Both the position numbers and the translations under genes were made by a program. A stretch of 55,019 bases of DNA from Gammaproteobacteria bacterium. Lineage in GTDB: Bacteria; Pseudomonadota; Gammaproteobacteria; Pseudomonadales; Porticoccaceae. Shown piece by piece: positions 9,314-20,056 of this stretch. The notes beneath the pieces are model-generated. The model saw only the letters and a list, made by a program, of their open reading frames with translations, was not told the DNA's origin and made no database searches. Position 1 is the first letter of the stretch; every line of letters begins with the position of its first letter. The stretch spans positions 1-55,019 of the forward strand of contig CAWLBR010000001.1 in assembly GCA_963855085.1 (NCBI GenBank), written 5' to 3'.

Positions 9314-11047
9314 ATGAAAATAACAATGCGGAACCTCCTACTGAGCCTAGCTCTGATGTCCGTCTGGATAACTGCCACGGCAGAGAATGATTTTCTCTCC
9401 AAGGCTGACCAAAACAGCTGGGCAAACGAGATCGCTAGCCCGGAGTTTGTTCCGGTTGAACAGGCCTATAGCGTCAATGTTGTAGTTGAAGACCAACGAC
9501 TTTTACTCAACTGGACTATCCGCGACGGCTACTACTTATACCGTGATCGCTTTAAGTTTGGATCTATGGATAGCAGTGCTGTTCTGGCAGCGCCACAATT
9601 TGGCAGCGGCCTAGTGAAGTGGGATGAGTATTTCGAGAAAGAACTCGAGGTCTACTATAAGCAGACCACCGTTGAGCTGCCCTTCACCACCGAGGCAACT
9701 CGACTAAGCCTGGAAATTGAATCTCAGGGCTGCGCCGATGCAGGACTCTGCTACCCCCCCTATAAACAGTGGCTGGATATAGATCTGATAAACGGCATTG
9801 TTGAAATCAGCAGCCAACCTTTTACTGCACCACAAACAGCCAGCAACAGTAGTGATACCGAATCTCTGCCTCTGGCCCTGGTGCTACTCTTTGCCCTGGC
9901 TGGCGGCATGATTCTCAACCTGATGCCCTGCGTATTTCCGATCCTGTCGATCAAGGTATTGAGCTTCACCATGAATCACAAAACCGATCGCAGCCGACAT
10001 ATTCACGGACTGGTCTACACCGCAGGTGTAGTCTCCAGCTTTGTGGTAATTGCTATAGCTATGCTGTCTCTGCGCGCTGCGGGAGAGAGCATTGGCTGGG
10101 GCTTTCAACTGCAGTCGCCGCTATTTGTCATCTTTTTGATCTATTTGTTTTTTGTTATGGGCCTTGGGCTCTCTGGATATCTCGAGATCGGCAGCAGCCT
10201 GATGTCGGTGGGGCAAAACAGCCAAGGTGAAGAAGGCCTGCGCTCTTCCTTCATGACTGGTGTACTGGCCACCACAGTTGCCAGTCCCTGCACTGCACCT
10301 TTTATGGGTCCGGCACTGGGCTTTGCAATTAGCCAGTCGGCCTCTATCGCCGTATTAGTGTTTGCCTTTCTCGGCCTCGGCATGGCGCTACCCTTTATTC
10401 TGCTGGCCTGGATTCCCGGTCTCACCAAGCGACTGCCGAAGCCTGGTCCCTGGATGGATGTGTTTAAGCAGTTTCTCGCCTTCCCAATCTATATGACCGC
10501 CGTCTGGTTGCTCTGGGTTGCTGGGCGTCAGACCTCTATAGATGTCGCAGCAGCGGTGATCATCGGCCTAATTCTACTGGTGATGGGCATGTGGATATGG
10601 AAACTCAACAGCAAGCCATTAACCCGACTTTTAGCAGCTGCGACATTTGCGGCCGCTCTGGCTGTGCCTGTAGCGGCTATCTCTGAATCGAAGGTGGAAC
10701 CGGAATTTCTGACTTACTCACCAGAGCTGCTCGCTGAGTTGCGCGACGACAATCAGCCTGTATTTATCAACCTTACTGCGGATTGGTGCATTACCTGTTT
10801 AGTGAATGAGCGCGTTGCACTGAACTCAGAAAAGGTGATGGGATTGATGCGCGACAACGGCATTAGCTATCTCAAGGGCGACTGGACCAACAGCGACCCG
10901 CAGATCACCGAACTGCTTGGGCGCTTCAATCGCAGCGGCGTGCCACTTTACCTGCTCTATCCTCGAGGCCAAGGTGAGGCGGCAATTCTTCCGCAAATTC
11001 TCACCGAATCAACGGTTATTGATGCACTCAACCAAGCGATTAATTAA
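9314..11047 (+). CDS. dsbD: Thiol:disulfide interchange protein DsbD family
   Basis: N-domain QGCADAGLCYPP, TM domain LMPCVFP and SPCTAP, thioredoxin ADWCITC. Confidence 0.92.
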   Translation: MKITMRNLLLSLALMSVWITATAENDFLSKADQNSWANEIASPEFVPVEQAYSVNVVVEDQRLLLNWTIRDGYYLYRDRFKFGSMDSSAVLAAPQFGSGLVKWDEYFEKELEVYYKQTTVELPFTTEATRLSLEIESQGCADAGLCYPPYKQWLDIDLINGIVEISSQPFTAPQTASNSSDTESLPLALVLLFALAGGMILNLMPCVFPILSIKVLSFTMNHKTDRSRHIHGLVYTAGVVSSFVVIAIAMLSLRAAGESIGWGFQLQSPLFVIFLIYLFFVMGLGLSGYLEIGSSLMSVGQNSQGEEGLRSSFMTGVLATTVASPCTAPFMGPALGFAISQSASIAVLVFAFLGLGMALPFILLAWIPGLTKRLPKPGPWMDVFKQFLAFPIYMTAVWLLWVAGRQTSIDVAAAVIIGLILLVMGMWIWKLNSKPLTRLLAAATFAAALAVPVAAISESKVEPEFLTYSPELLAELRDDNQPVFINLTADWCITCLVNERVALNSEKVMGLMRDNGISYLKGDWTNSDPQITELLGRFNRSGVPLYLLYPRGQGEAAILPQILTESTVIDALNQAIN

Positions 11048-11120
11048 TTTCGCAGATTTTAGGCTATTTATTTAAGATTTTTATAGATTTTAGCGGATTT
11101 TATCGCTTTTTAGCCTTTTT
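11048..11120. promoter_or_regulatory. Phased T-tracts (~10 bp period), probable bent DNA upstream of aroQ-accBC
   Basis: T-runs start at 11048, 11057, 11067, 11078, 11088, 11098, 11107, 11116. Confidence 0.55.
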
Positions 11121-11324
11121 GGCCGTGAAAACTGCCCTAAAAAACGCTAACGTCGCCGTTTCAGTAAAAGCGCAAAAAGAAAATACGGCCATAATGTTAA
11201 ATAACGTCGGCATTTTCTGCTAAGTTCGTCGAAAATAGTATTTATCCAAGTATTCATGGACAGTACTTTTATTTTCGGGCAGACTTCCCTCAATCTGGTA
11301 ACCAACCTATTTCCGAGGGATCCA

Positions 11325-11762
11325 ATGGCTTCACTACTGGTACTTCATGGTCCAAACCTAAATTTACTCGGCTCTCGAGAGCCAGAAATTTATGGCGCCG
11401 AATCTCTTGAGCAAATTAATGCTGCCCTGGTTACTCAGGCAGCGGCAGCCGGGCACAGTCTTGCGACACTGCAAAGCAACGCCGAATTTGAGCTCATCCA
11501 GAGAATTCACGACGCTCGCAACGAAGCCGTCGACTTCATTATCATTAATCCCGGCGCTTTCACTCACACCAGTATTGCCCTGCGCGATGCGCTACTGGGT
11601 GTTGAAATTCCGTTTATCGAAGTCCACCTCTCCAATGTTCATGCTCGAGAGGCCTTCCGCCACCACTCCTATTTTTCCGATATTGCTGAAGGCGTAATTT
11701 GCGGCTTCGGCGCGAACAGTTACAAGCTAGCCCTACAAGCAGCGCTCGGCAAGCTAAACTAA
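11325..11762 (+). CDS. aroQ: Type II 3-dehydroquinate dehydratase
   Basis: [32 protein letters not shown]; ATG 11325 follows GAGGGA. Confidence 0.97.
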   Translation: MASLLVLHGPNLNLLGSREPEIYGAESLEQINAALVTQAAAAGHSLATLQSNAEFELIQRIHDARNEAVDFIIINPGAFTHTSIALRDALLGVEIPFIEVHLSNVHAREAFRHHSYFSDIAEGVICGFGANSYKLALQAALGKLN

Positions 11763-11820
11763 GCTTTTGATAGCTGATTTAAACCTCATTTTAGAATTCA
11801 TTTAAGAAAGAGAAAACTAC

Positions 11821-12279
11821 ATGGATATTCGTAAAGTAAAAAAACTCATTGAACTGCTCGAAGAGTCGAACATCAATGAACTGGAAATTACCGAAGGTGA
11901 GGAATCCGTACGCATCAGTCGCGGCGTGCCCATGCAAGCTTACGCTGCTCCAGCACCAGTTGCACAGCAACCGGCAGCTATTGCAGCGCCCGCTGCAGCT
12001 CCCGTCGTTGCAGCCGCTGTAGCCACAGCCCCTGACGAACTGGCTGGACACGTTGTTAAATCACCTATGGTTGGCACTTACTATGCATCGCCTTCACCAG
12101 ATTCCGCTGCCTTTGTTACTGTCGGCAGCACAGTCAAAGCGGGTGACGTGCTGTGCATACTCGAAGCCATGAAAATGATGAATCAGATCGAAGCCGATAG
12201 AGCCGGTACCATTGGTGCCATACTTGCCGAAGACGGCGAGCCTATCGAATACGATCAGCCACTGTTCACCATCGTTTAA
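11821..12279 (+). CDS. accB: Acetyl-CoA carboxylase biotin carboxyl carrier protein
   Basis: [12 protein letters not shown], Ala/Pro linker, EAMKMMN biotinylation motif. Confidence 0.98.
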   Translation: MDIRKVKKLIELLEESNINELEITEGEESVRISRGVPMQAYAAPAPVAQQPAAIAAPAAAPVVAAAVATAPDELAGHVVKSPMVGTYYASPSPDSAAFVTVGSTVKAGDVLCILEAMKMMNQIEADRAGTIGAILAEDGEPIEYDQPLFTIV

Positions 12280-12299
12280 TTGTAGCCAGGGATAAAATC

Positions 12300-13640
12300 A
12301 TGCTCGAAAAAGTCCTGATCGCAAATCGCGGCGAGATTGCTCTGCGCATTCTGCGCGCCTGTAAAGAATTGGACATTAAGACCGTTGCCGTTCACTCGAA
12401 AGTGGATGCCGATCTAAAACATGTCATGTTGGCTGATCAGTCGATCTGTATCGGCCCCAACCCTTCAGCAAAAAGCTATCTGAATATTCCGGCTATTATC
12501 AGCGCCATGGAAGTGACCGGCGCCACAGCGGTCCATCCAGGTTATGGTTTTCTTGCCGAGAACGCTGACTTTGCAGAGCAGGTAGAAAATAGCGGCTTTG
12601 TCTTTATCGGACCAACCGCCGGCTGCATCCGCATTATGGGCGACAAGGTTGCGGCGATTAAGGCAATGAAAGCGGCTGGTGTCCCTACTGTACCTGGCTC
12701 CGACGGCCCATTGAATGATGACCCGGCTGCTCTTCGCGCGATGGCCAATAAAATTGGCTATCCGGTTATTATCAAGGCAGCTTCAGGGGGCGGTGGTCGC
12801 GGTATGCGTATTGTCGAACGTGAAGAGACTCTGGTTAACTCTGTGGCAATTACCAAAAGCGAAGCTGAGGCAGCATTTGGTGATGGCACTGTTTATATGG
12901 AGAAGTTTCTACAAAATCCTCGTCATGTTGAAGTTCAGGTGCTCTCAGATGGTCAGGGCCATGCGATTCATCTGGGTGATCGTGACTGTTCGTTGCAGCG
13001 ACGTCACCAGAAGGTTTTAGAAGAGGCTCCAGCTCCAGGCATTCCCGAAGAAGCGCGCCAGGCAGTATTTGAAAGCTGCACCAAAGCCTGCATCGAAATT
13101 GGTTATCGCGGCGCCGGCACCTTTGAATTTCTCTATGAAAATGGTGGCTTTTACTTTATCGAAATGAACACTCGGGTTCAGGTAGAGCATCCTGTTTCGG
13201 AAATGATTACCGGAATCGACATTGTTAAAGAGCAGCTACTGATCGCCAGCGGGCGGCCCCTTAGCTTTGCTCAGAAAGATGTTATCTTCCGCGGCCACTC
13301 GTTTGAGTGCCGAATTAATGCTGAAGATCCAGTGACCTTTATGCCACAGCCCGGCACAATTACCTCTTATCATGCCCCTGGTGGCAACGGTGTGCGCGTG
13401 GACTCCCATATCTACAACGGCTATCGCGTGCCACCGAATTACGACTCCCTTATAGGCAAGATTATTACCTATGGTCGTGACCGTGACTCGGCGCTTTCGC
13501 GTATGCGCAACGCCTTAGACGAAATGATGATTGACGGTATAAAAACCAATATTGAATTGCATCAGGATCTGGTTCGCGATCCTGAGTTCAAGAAAGGCGG
13601 CGTCAATATTCATTATCTTGAGAAAAAACTCGGGCTGTAA
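12300..13640 (+). CDS. accC: Biotin carboxylase
   Basis: [36 protein letters not shown]. Confidence 0.98.
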   Translation: MLEKVLIANRGEIALRILRACKELDIKTVAVHSKVDADLKHVMLADQSICIGPNPSAKSYLNIPAIISAMEVTGATAVHPGYGFLAENADFAEQVENSGFVFIGPTAGCIRIMGDKVAAIKAMKAAGVPTVPGSDGPLNDDPAALRAMANKIGYPVIIKAASGGGGRGMRIVEREETLVNSVAITKSEAEAAFGDGTVYMEKFLQNPRHVEVQVLSDGQGHAIHLGDRDCSLQRRHQKVLEEAPAPGIPEEARQAVFESCTKACIEIGYRGAGTFEFLYENGGFYFIEMNTRVQVEHPVSEMITGIDIVKEQLLIASGRPLSFAQKDVIFRGHSFECRINAEDPVTFMPQPGTITSYHAPGGNGVRVDSHIYNGYRVPPNYDSLIGKIITYGRDRDSALSRMRNALDEMMIDGIKTNIELHQDLVRDPEFKKGGVNIHYLEKKLGL

Positions 13641-13658
13641 TTTACAGCCCCGCGTTTT
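13632..13658 (+). terminator. Hairpin over the accC stop; weak terminator or mRNA stabiliser
   Basis: GGGCTGTA-ATT-TACAGCCC then CGCGTTTT. Confidence 0.45.
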
Positions 13659-13690
13659 ATCTAACTCGCTCTCCAAATTAGGCCCCTCCT

Positions 13691-14572
13691 ATGCAATGGC
13701 TCCAGCTGATTGTTGCTAGCACCCGTGATGCCAGCAGTGCAATTGAAGATGCACTGCTCGAACTGGGCGCCGTTTCAGTGACCCTTGAAGACGCCGCCGA
13801 CCAGCCTATTTTGGAGCCCGGCGTTGGCGAGACGCCGCTGTGGGATAACTGCATTATTAAAGCCCTGTTCGCCGACGACACAGATACAGTGGAGACATCG
13901 GCACAGCTCGAGCAACTCACGACTCAAACACTGCAGCAGAGCTGGCAGCAACTGGAAGATAAAGACTGGTCTCAGGAGTGGAAGAAATATTTTTCACCAA
14001 TGAAATGTGGCGAACGCCTGTGGATCTGTCCCAGCTGGATTGCACCGCCAGATCCTGACGGCATTAACCTCAGTCTGGATCCAGGCCTGGCCTTTGGCAC
14101 CGGCAGTCATCCGACAACGCACCTCTGCCTGCGCTGGCTCGACAGGCAAGATTTAACCGGGCAAACAGTAATCGATTACGGCTGCGGCTCGGGTATTTTA
14201 GGTATAGCCGCACTGCTGCTGGGTGCGAAAAAAGTGATCGCTGTAGACAATGATCCTCAAGCACTGCTGGCCACAAGGGATAATGCCGAGCGCAATAATA
14301 TCGCCGCCGAACGCATTAGCACCTACCTGCCTGAAGATCTTCCCAGCGACGTTATTGGGCAGACCATGTTAGCCAATATTCTTGCTGCGCCATTAATTGA
14401 ACTGGCCCCCAAGCTTACAGCGCTGACCGCGAGCAATGGCTTGATCTGCTTGTCCGGTTTACTTGAGCATCAGATTGATGCGGTTTCGCAACCCTATCTC
14501 GCCAATTTTAACTTCGATAATCCGGCAATCGAAACCGAGTGGGCGCAGCTGGCAGCGCGTAAAACAGCCTGA
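13691..14572 (+). CDS. prmA: Ribosomal protein L11 methyltransferase
   Basis: LDPGLAFGTGSHPTT, DYGCGSGIL, ANILA. Confidence 0.97.
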   Translation: MQWLQLIVASTRDASSAIEDALLELGAVSVTLEDAADQPILEPGVGETPLWDNCIIKALFADDTDTVETSAQLEQLTTQTLQQSWQQLEDKDWSQEWKKYFSPMKCGERLWICPSWIAPPDPDGINLSLDPGLAFGTGSHPTTHLCLRWLDRQDLTGQTVIDYGCGSGILGIAALLLGAKKVIAVDNDPQALLATRDNAERNNIAAERISTYLPEDLPSDVIGQTMLANILAAPLIELAPKLTALTASNGLICLSGLLEHQIDAVSQPYLANFNFDNPAIETEWAQLAARKTA

Positions 14573-14629
14573 GCCTATAAACAGCCTGAGCCTGTAAATA
14601 GCTTGAGCCGACAGAAAGCCTGAGGCCGT
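14562..14629 (+). repeat. 17-bp tandem repeat x4 containing the prmA stop codon
   Basis: AAACAGCCTGAGCCTAT / AAACAGCCTGAGCCTGT / AAATAGCTTGAGCCGAC / AGAAAGCCTGAGGCCGT. Confidence 0.85.
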
Positions 14630-14700
14630 TAATAGCACGATCTAATAAGCGACAGGCTTCTTATGCTGCTAAACTCAGCGAAACACCAGCTGGAAACTCC

Positions 14701-15435
14701 ATGTCACAACTCACCACTGGCTGCCCTAACTGCGCCATCAAATTCCGCCTAACCCCTGAGCAACTAGCGGCAGCTGGCGGCATGGTGCGCTGCGGAAAGT
14801 GTATGACTGTCTTTAATGCCAACGACCATAAGATTGCCTCCCAACAAGAGAGCAGAGAACAACCTGAAGATACGGCTAAACTTCCGGTTATGACCGAGCT
14901 GCTTCATAGTGAATTTGGCCAGCAGCAAGCTTTAACAGAAGATCAGAAACCCAGCAGAATTTGCGCCAAGCTAGTTGTGATTTTAATCGGCGCAATACTA
15001 TTGGCCGCACAGTACAGCTACTTCTTTAGCCGCGAACTCAGCCAGACTGAAAGCTATCGCGAACCATTGATTGAATTCTGCAACTACAGCGGCTGCACAG
15101 TTGAACTGTTTCGCGATATAGATAAGCTCGCAGTCAAACAACTCCTTGTTCAATCTCATCCAAGCCAACCCGGCGCCCTAGCGGTGGATCTGATTATTGA
15201 GAACCATGGGCTGTTTGACCAACCCTACCCCAAAATTACTCTGCAGTTTTCCGATATGGAAAACCAGCTTGTCGCCGAGCGCATGTTTTTAGCTAGTGAG
15301 TATTTACAGGACGACACAGGGAGCCTTGGAGCAGAGGCCAGCTTGATTCCCAATGGCAACCAAAGACGAGTCAATTTCAGCCTCGTCGACCCCGGCGCAA
15401 CGGCGATCAATTATTCTGTCGAGCTGAAAGAATAA
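14701..15435 (+). CDS. Zinc-ribbon and DUF3426-domain membrane protein
   Basis: CPNC...VRCGKC zinc ribbon, one TM segment; conserved position between prmA and dusB. Confidence 0.85.
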   Translation: MSQLTTGCPNCAIKFRLTPEQLAAAGGMVRCGKCMTVFNANDHKIASQQESREQPEDTAKLPVMTELLHSEFGQQQALTEDQKPSRICAKLVVILIGAILLAAQYSYFFSRELSQTESYREPLIEFCNYSGCTVELFRDIDKLAVKQLLVQSHPSQPGALAVDLIIENHGLFDQPYPKITLQFSDMENQLVAERMFLASEYLQDDTGSLGAEASLIPNGNQRRVNFSLVDPGATAINYSVELKE

Positions 15436-15530
15436 TAAACCATTCTTTTTCAATTGATCACTTTTTAATCAGCTAATCTCAGGGTATCATTGTCGCCCGT
15501 CAAGCCCAGCCCATTAACCCCGAGGCGAAT

Positions 15531-16520
15531 TTGTTTAGTATCGGCCCCTATCAGATCAACCGAAAGACAGTGTTGGCACCTATGGCAGGTGTAACTGATC
15601 TCCCCTTTCGTCAGCTCTGTCGTGAGATGGGTGCGGGAATGGTGGTATCGGAAATGGTCGCTGCGGATCCCAGTACCTGGTCCAGTAGAAAGTCCAAATT
15701 GCGCATTCAGTTTGCCGATGAACCGGCACCGCGATCGGTTCAGATTGCCGGCTATGATCCTCTTATGATGGCTGAAGCTGCCCGCTTTAATGTTCAGCAA
15801 GGCGCTGAAATTATCGATATTAATATGGGCTGCCCAGCCAAAAAAGTCCTCAAAAAAGCAGCCGGATCGGCGTTGCTGCAACATCCAGATTTGGTGCAGG
15901 ATATTCTCCGCGCAGTTGTCGACAGTGTCGATGTGCCAGTGACCCTAAAGATTCGCACAGGCTGGGACCGACAAAATCGCAATGCCGTGACCATTGCCAA
16001 GATAGCTGAAGATGCTGGCATTGCCGCTCTGGCTATTCACGGTCGCACCCGCGCCTGTCGCTTTGTCAAAGAAGTGGAATACGACACCATAGCCAACGTT
16101 GTCGCGGCGCTGTCGATTCCGGTGATCGCCAATGGCGATATCACCACTCCGGAAAAAGCCCTGGCTGTTTTAGAACATACCGGCGCCGCCGCAGTGATGA
16201 TTGGTCGAGGCGCCCAAGGCAATCCTTGGATCTTTAATCAAATAAACCATTTTCTTGAACATGGCGAAGCCTCAGCCAAACCGTCCACCGAAGAAATTGG
16301 TCTGGTGGTCTGCCGCCACCTATTAGCACTGCATGAATTTTACGGTGCCTATGCCGGGGTAAAAATTGCCCGCAAGCATATCGGCTGGTATTTCAGTGTG
16401 CTGCCAGGTGGAAAGGAATTTGCCCGCCATTTTAACAAGATAGAAGATCATCTTGAGCAGCAGCACCTGCTGCAACAGTTCTTCCAGCAACCCCATATTT
16501 TTCAGGAATTAGCGGCATGA
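15531..16520 (+). CDS. dusB: tRNA-dihydrouridine synthase B
   Basis: LAPMAGVTD, DINMGCP, HGRT, GRGAQGNPW; TTG start; ATGA overlap with fis. Confidence 0.97.
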   Translation: MFSIGPYQINRKTVLAPMAGVTDLPFRQLCREMGAGMVVSEMVAADPSTWSSRKSKLRIQFADEPAPRSVQIAGYDPLMMAEAARFNVQQGAEIIDINMGCPAKKVLKKAAGSALLQHPDLVQDILRAVVDSVDVPVTLKIRTGWDRQNRNAVTIAKIAEDAGIAALAIHGRTRACRFVKEVEYDTIANVVAALSIPVIANGDITTPEKALAVLEHTGAAAVMIGRGAQGNPWIFNQINHFLEHGEASAKPSTEEIGLVVCRHLLALHEFYGAYAGVKIARKHIGWYFSVLPGGKEFARHFNKIEDHLEQQHLLQQFFQQPHIFQELAA

Positions 16521-16798
16521 AGTATGCACAGACCGGCACTGGCTCTCCATCCAAAGACCCGACCAGCAAACAGCAGTCTCTGCAGCAGAGTGTTACTGAA
16601 GCCATGCAACGCTACTTTTCCGATCTCGACGGTCAGGCAACTCACGATCTCTATGACATAGTGATGGCCGAAGTCGAACCACCGCTGCTCAAAGCAGTAA
16701 TGGCTTACACCAGACAAAATCAAAGTAGGGCCGCGGAAACTCTCGGCCTTAATCGCGGCACCCTGCGTAAAAAATTAAAACAATACGACCTTCTGTAA
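16517..16798 (+). CDS. fis: DNA-binding protein Fis
   Basis: [23 protein letters not shown] helix-turn-helix; dusB-fis-purH order. Confidence 0.97.
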   Translation: MKYAQTGTGSPSKDPTSKQQSLQQSVTEAMQRYFSDLDGQATHDLYDIVMAEVEPPLLKAVMAYTRQNQSRAAETLGLNRGTLRKKLKQYDLL

Positions 16799-16815
16799 TC
16801 TTCCTTGAGGACTCT

Positions 16816-18390
16816 ATGAGCGACCTGAAAAAAGTTTCACGCGCCTTAATCAGCGTTTCTGACAAAACCGGCATTGTCGACTTTGCCCGTGCACTCACCG
16901 CACAGGGTGTTGAAATACTCTCCACTGGCGGCACTTTTCGCCTGCTCAGAGAGAACGATATTGCAGCAACTGAAGTATCGGATTACACCGGTTTTCCGGA
17001 GATGATGGACGGTCGCGTTAAGACTCTGCACCCGAAAGTTCACGGCGGTATTCTCGGACGTCGCGGCACCGATGATGAAGTGATGGCAGAGTATGGCATC
17101 AAGCCCATCGACATGGTTGTGGTTAACCTCTACCCGTTCGCCGCAACCGTTGCCGACCCCAACTGCACCTTGCCCACCGCGATTGAGAATATTGATATCG
17201 GCGGTCCGACCATGGTTCGTTCAGCAGCTAAGAACCACAAAGACGTGGCCATAGTGGTTAACGCCGACGACTATCAAGCAGTGATCGATGAGATGTCTGC
17301 CAATGACGGCCAGCTGGATTACAGCTCGCGCTATCAGCTGATGGTTAGAGCCTTTGAACACACAGCGGTGTACGACGGCATGATCGCCAACTACTTTGGC
17401 GCCCGTGATATCGACAACCAGGCGCGCAACTTCTCGGACACGTTTAATGTTCAGTACTACAAGACGCAAGAGATGCGCTACGGTGAAAACCCTCACCAGA
17501 AAGCCGCGTTCTATGTTGAAGCCAATCCCACTGAAGCCAGTGTCGCCACCGCCAAACAGTTACAGGGTAAAGAATTATCCTTTAACAATATTGCCGATAC
17601 CGACGCTGCATTGGAATGTGTAAAGCAATTTGATCAACCGGCCTGCGTTATCGTCAAGCATGCCAATCCCTGCGGTGTTGCCGTGGCTACGGATATTAAC
17701 CTGGCTTACCAGCTGGCTTTTGCCACGGATCCAGAATCCTCCTTCGGCGGCATTATCGCTTTTAACCGTGAGTTGGATGCAGCCACTGCTGCAGATATCT
17801 GCGAGAAGCAATTTGTTGAAGTGATTATCGCCCCCTCGGTATCTGCGGAAGCAGTTGCCGTGATCACGGCGAAAAAGAATGTACGTCTGCTGGAGTGCGG
17901 AACCTGGGGTGCTGAGCGACCACAGGACTTTGACTACAAGCGTGTTAATGGCGGCCTGTTAATTCAGGATCGCGATAACGGTATGGTTGCAGAGAAAGAT
18001 CTGAAAGTTGTCAGCGACCGGGTGCCAAACAATGACGAAATGGCCGATATGATGTTCGCCTGGAAAGTCGCCAAGATGGTCAAATCTAACGCGATTATTT
18101 ATGCCAAAGACAACCGTACTGTAGGTGTTGGCGCTGGCCAGATGAGCCGTATTAATTCCGCGCGTATTGCTGGCATTAAAGCCGAGCATGCAGGACTTGA
18201 AGTGGCCGGTGCGGTAATGGCATCAGATGCCTTCTTCCCCTTCCGCGACGGTATTGATAATGCAGCAGCTGCTGGTATTAGCTGTGTGATTCAGCCCGGT
18301 GGTTCGATGCGTGATGATGAAGTGGTTGCCGCCGCAAACGAACATGGTATGGCCATGGTCTTTACCGGCATGCGTCACTTTCGGCACTAG
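16816..18390 (+). CDS. purH: Bifunctional AICAR transformylase/IMP cyclohydrolase
   Basis: [42 protein letters not shown]. Confidence 0.98.
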   Translation: MSDLKKVSRALISVSDKTGIVDFARALTAQGVEILSTGGTFRLLRENDIAATEVSDYTGFPEMMDGRVKTLHPKVHGGILGRRGTDDEVMAEYGIKPIDMVVVNLYPFAATVADPNCTLPTAIENIDIGGPTMVRSAAKNHKDVAIVVNADDYQAVIDEMSANDGQLDYSSRYQLMVRAFEHTAVYDGMIANYFGARDIDNQARNFSDTFNVQYYKTQEMRYGENPHQKAAFYVEANPTEASVATAKQLQGKELSFNNIADTDAALECVKQFDQPACVIVKHANPCGVAVATDINLAYQLAFATDPESSFGGIIAFNRELDAATAADICEKQFVEVIIAPSVSAEAVAVITAKKNVRLLECGTWGAERPQDFDYKRVNGGLLIQDRDNGMVAEKDLKVVSDRVPNNDEMADMMFAWKVAKMVKSNAIIYAKDNRTVGVGAGQMSRINSARIAGIKAEHAGLEVAGAVMASDAFFPFRDGIDNAAAAGISCVIQPGGSMRDDEVVAAANEHGMAMVFTGMRHFRH

Positions 18391-18528
18391 TACGCTGGTT
18401 ATTTTGTCTTCTGACGGCGTTAAAAATGTACTCAGTCGGTCGCTTATAAACATAAGCTTTCTCCCTGCGTGCATTTTTGCCTTGTCAGAAAAAAAATCCC
18501 TGCCCGCACAAGCGCCTACTACTAGTAC
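18386..18528. mobile_element. Non-autonomous palindromic (MITE/REP-like) element with possible 8-bp target duplication
   Basis: Imperfect inverted repeat 18401-18497 (TTCTGAC/GTCAGAA; GGC..AAAAATGTAC/GTGCATTTTTGCC; GCTTAT-AAAC-ATAAGC); ACTAGTAC at 18386-18393 and 18521-18528. Confidence 0.55.
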
Positions 18529-18592
18529 CTAACTTCTAGCACCTAACTTCTAGCACCTAACTTCTAGCACCTTTCCTTTTTAGCACCTAACT
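18522..18592. repeat. 14-bp tandem repeat (CTAGCACCTAACTT), about 5 copies
   Basis: Copies at 18522, 18536, 18550, 18564 (partial), 18580 (partial). Confidence 0.9.
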
Positions 18593-18622
18593 CCCGTGCT
18601 AACCAATAGATATTTTTTATCT

Positions 18623-20056
18623 TTAGAGTATATCGTTCTTGGTCATTTTAAAGGCCGCCAGAGCGCGCTCTCGAGACTCTTTGATATCGATAATCGGCGC
18701 TGGATAGTCAGTGCCAATTTCCACTCCTGCCGCAGCCAGAATCTCCGCCGGCGCCAACCAAGGCGCATGAATATATTTGGCCGGCATCTCCGCCAGCTCG
18801 GGAACATGGCGGCGAATATAGTCACCCTGTTTATCAAATTTTTCACTCTGAGTGATGGGATTGAAAATTCGGAAAAAGGGTGCGGCATCAGCACCGCAAC
18901 CAGCGATCCACTGCCAGCTTGCGCTGTTGGCCGCCAGATCCGCATCCACCAGACAGTCCCAAAACCAGCGCTCGCCACTGTGCCAGTGAATCAGCAAATT
19001 CTTCACCATAAATGAACCCACCACCATGCGCACACGATTGTGCATATACCCGGTGTCGTAGAGTTCACGCATACCAGCATCCACCAGGGGATAACCGGTT
19101 TTACCTTTTTGCCAAGCTTTGAGCTCGACGTCGGTATTGGCAGCCCAAGGGAAAACATTAAAACGCTGCTGCAAGTTATCAGTGGGTAATTTGGGAAAAT
19201 GGTAGAGCAGGTAATAGGAGAACTCACGCCACCCCAGTTCGCTCAAAAACGTATCCAGATTACTTTCGTTGTCGATTAAGGCTGCCGCATCATTGGCTGC
19301 ATACCAAGCTGTGTTGACCGACATCTGACCGAAGTGAAAGTAAGGTGACAGGCGTGAGACATTTTTCTTATTGGGAAAGTTGCGACCTTCGCGATAATCT
19401 TGAATACCGTTAAAGACAAAATCATCTAAGCGATCTCTGGCGCCATCTTCACTGATATTCCAATCACCATGGAGCTTTTTATCCCAGTCGATAGTCGGCA
19501 ATAGGGACAGGTCTTCGACAGTCAAACCCTTGTCGGCCTTAACCAGATCCATAGTCGTGGGGACTGGCAGCGGTTGCCGAGGCGCGACCTTTTGCAAACA
19601 GCCTCTGCGGTAATAGGGGGTGAACACCTTATAAGGGGTGCCATCTTTTTTCAGCACCTGCCAAGGCTCCCAAAGCAGAGAGCCATTAAAGCTCTGCACG
19701 TCGAGTCCCACCTCTTTTAAACTGGTCTTAATATTGGCATCGCGCTCGATGCTTCGCGGCTCGTAACAGCGATTCCAATAAACCGCTTTCGCCGACATGT
19801 CGGCACTTAGATCCGAGAGAATCGTCAGAGCATCGCCGGTGTAAATATTCAGCTTACCGCCGAGACTTTTATCCAGAGACTGCAATGCATGGTGCAACCA
19901 CCAACGGCTGGCGCCACCGAGAGTCCAATCCTGCTCGCTGCTCTCGTCAAAGATAAACACAGGAACAACCACGCCAGATTCACAGGCTGCAGCTAGTGCG
20001 GGATTGTCGGCAAGGCGAAGGTCCTGGCGAAACCAGTAGATAATAGGCTGTGTGAT
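18623..20056 (-). CDS. phrB: Class I CPD photolyase; start uncertain (ATC 20056 or TTG 20125)
   Basis: YWFRQDLRLADN, SRLSPYFHFG, ELGWREF, GKTGYPLVDAGMREL, GYMHNRVRM, FRIFNP. Confidence 0.93.
   Translation of the reverse strand: MTQPIIYWFRQDLRLADNPALAAACESGVVVPVFIFDESSEQDWTLGGASRWWLHHALQSLDKSLGGKLNIYTGDALTILSDLSADMSAKAVYWNRCYEPRSIERDANIKTSLKEVGLDVQSFNGSLLWEPWQVLKKDGTPYKVFTPYYRRGCLQKVAPRQPLPVPTTMDLVKADKGLTVEDLSLLPTIDWDKKLHGDWNISEDGARDRLDDFVFNGIQDYREGRNFPNKKNVSRLSPYFHFGQMSVNTAWYAANDAAALIDNESNLDTFLSELGWREFSYYLLYHFPKLPTDNLQQRFNVFPWAANTDVELKAWQKGKTGYPLVDAGMRELYDTGYMHNRVRMVVGSFMVKNLLIHWHSGERWFWDCLVDADLAANSASWQWIAGCGADAAPFFRIFNPITQSEKFDKQGDYIRRHVPELAEMPAKYIHAPWLAPAEILAAAGVEIGTDYPAPIIDIKESRERALAAFKMTKNDIL

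Noticed and set aside
11148-11209. TAACGTCG direct repeat upstream of aroQ
   Set aside because: Two 8-mers 54 bp apart, compatible with chance and matching no motif I know.
18596-19015. 139-aa + strand ORF
   Set aside because: Antisense shadow of phrB, with no RBS or recognisable motif.
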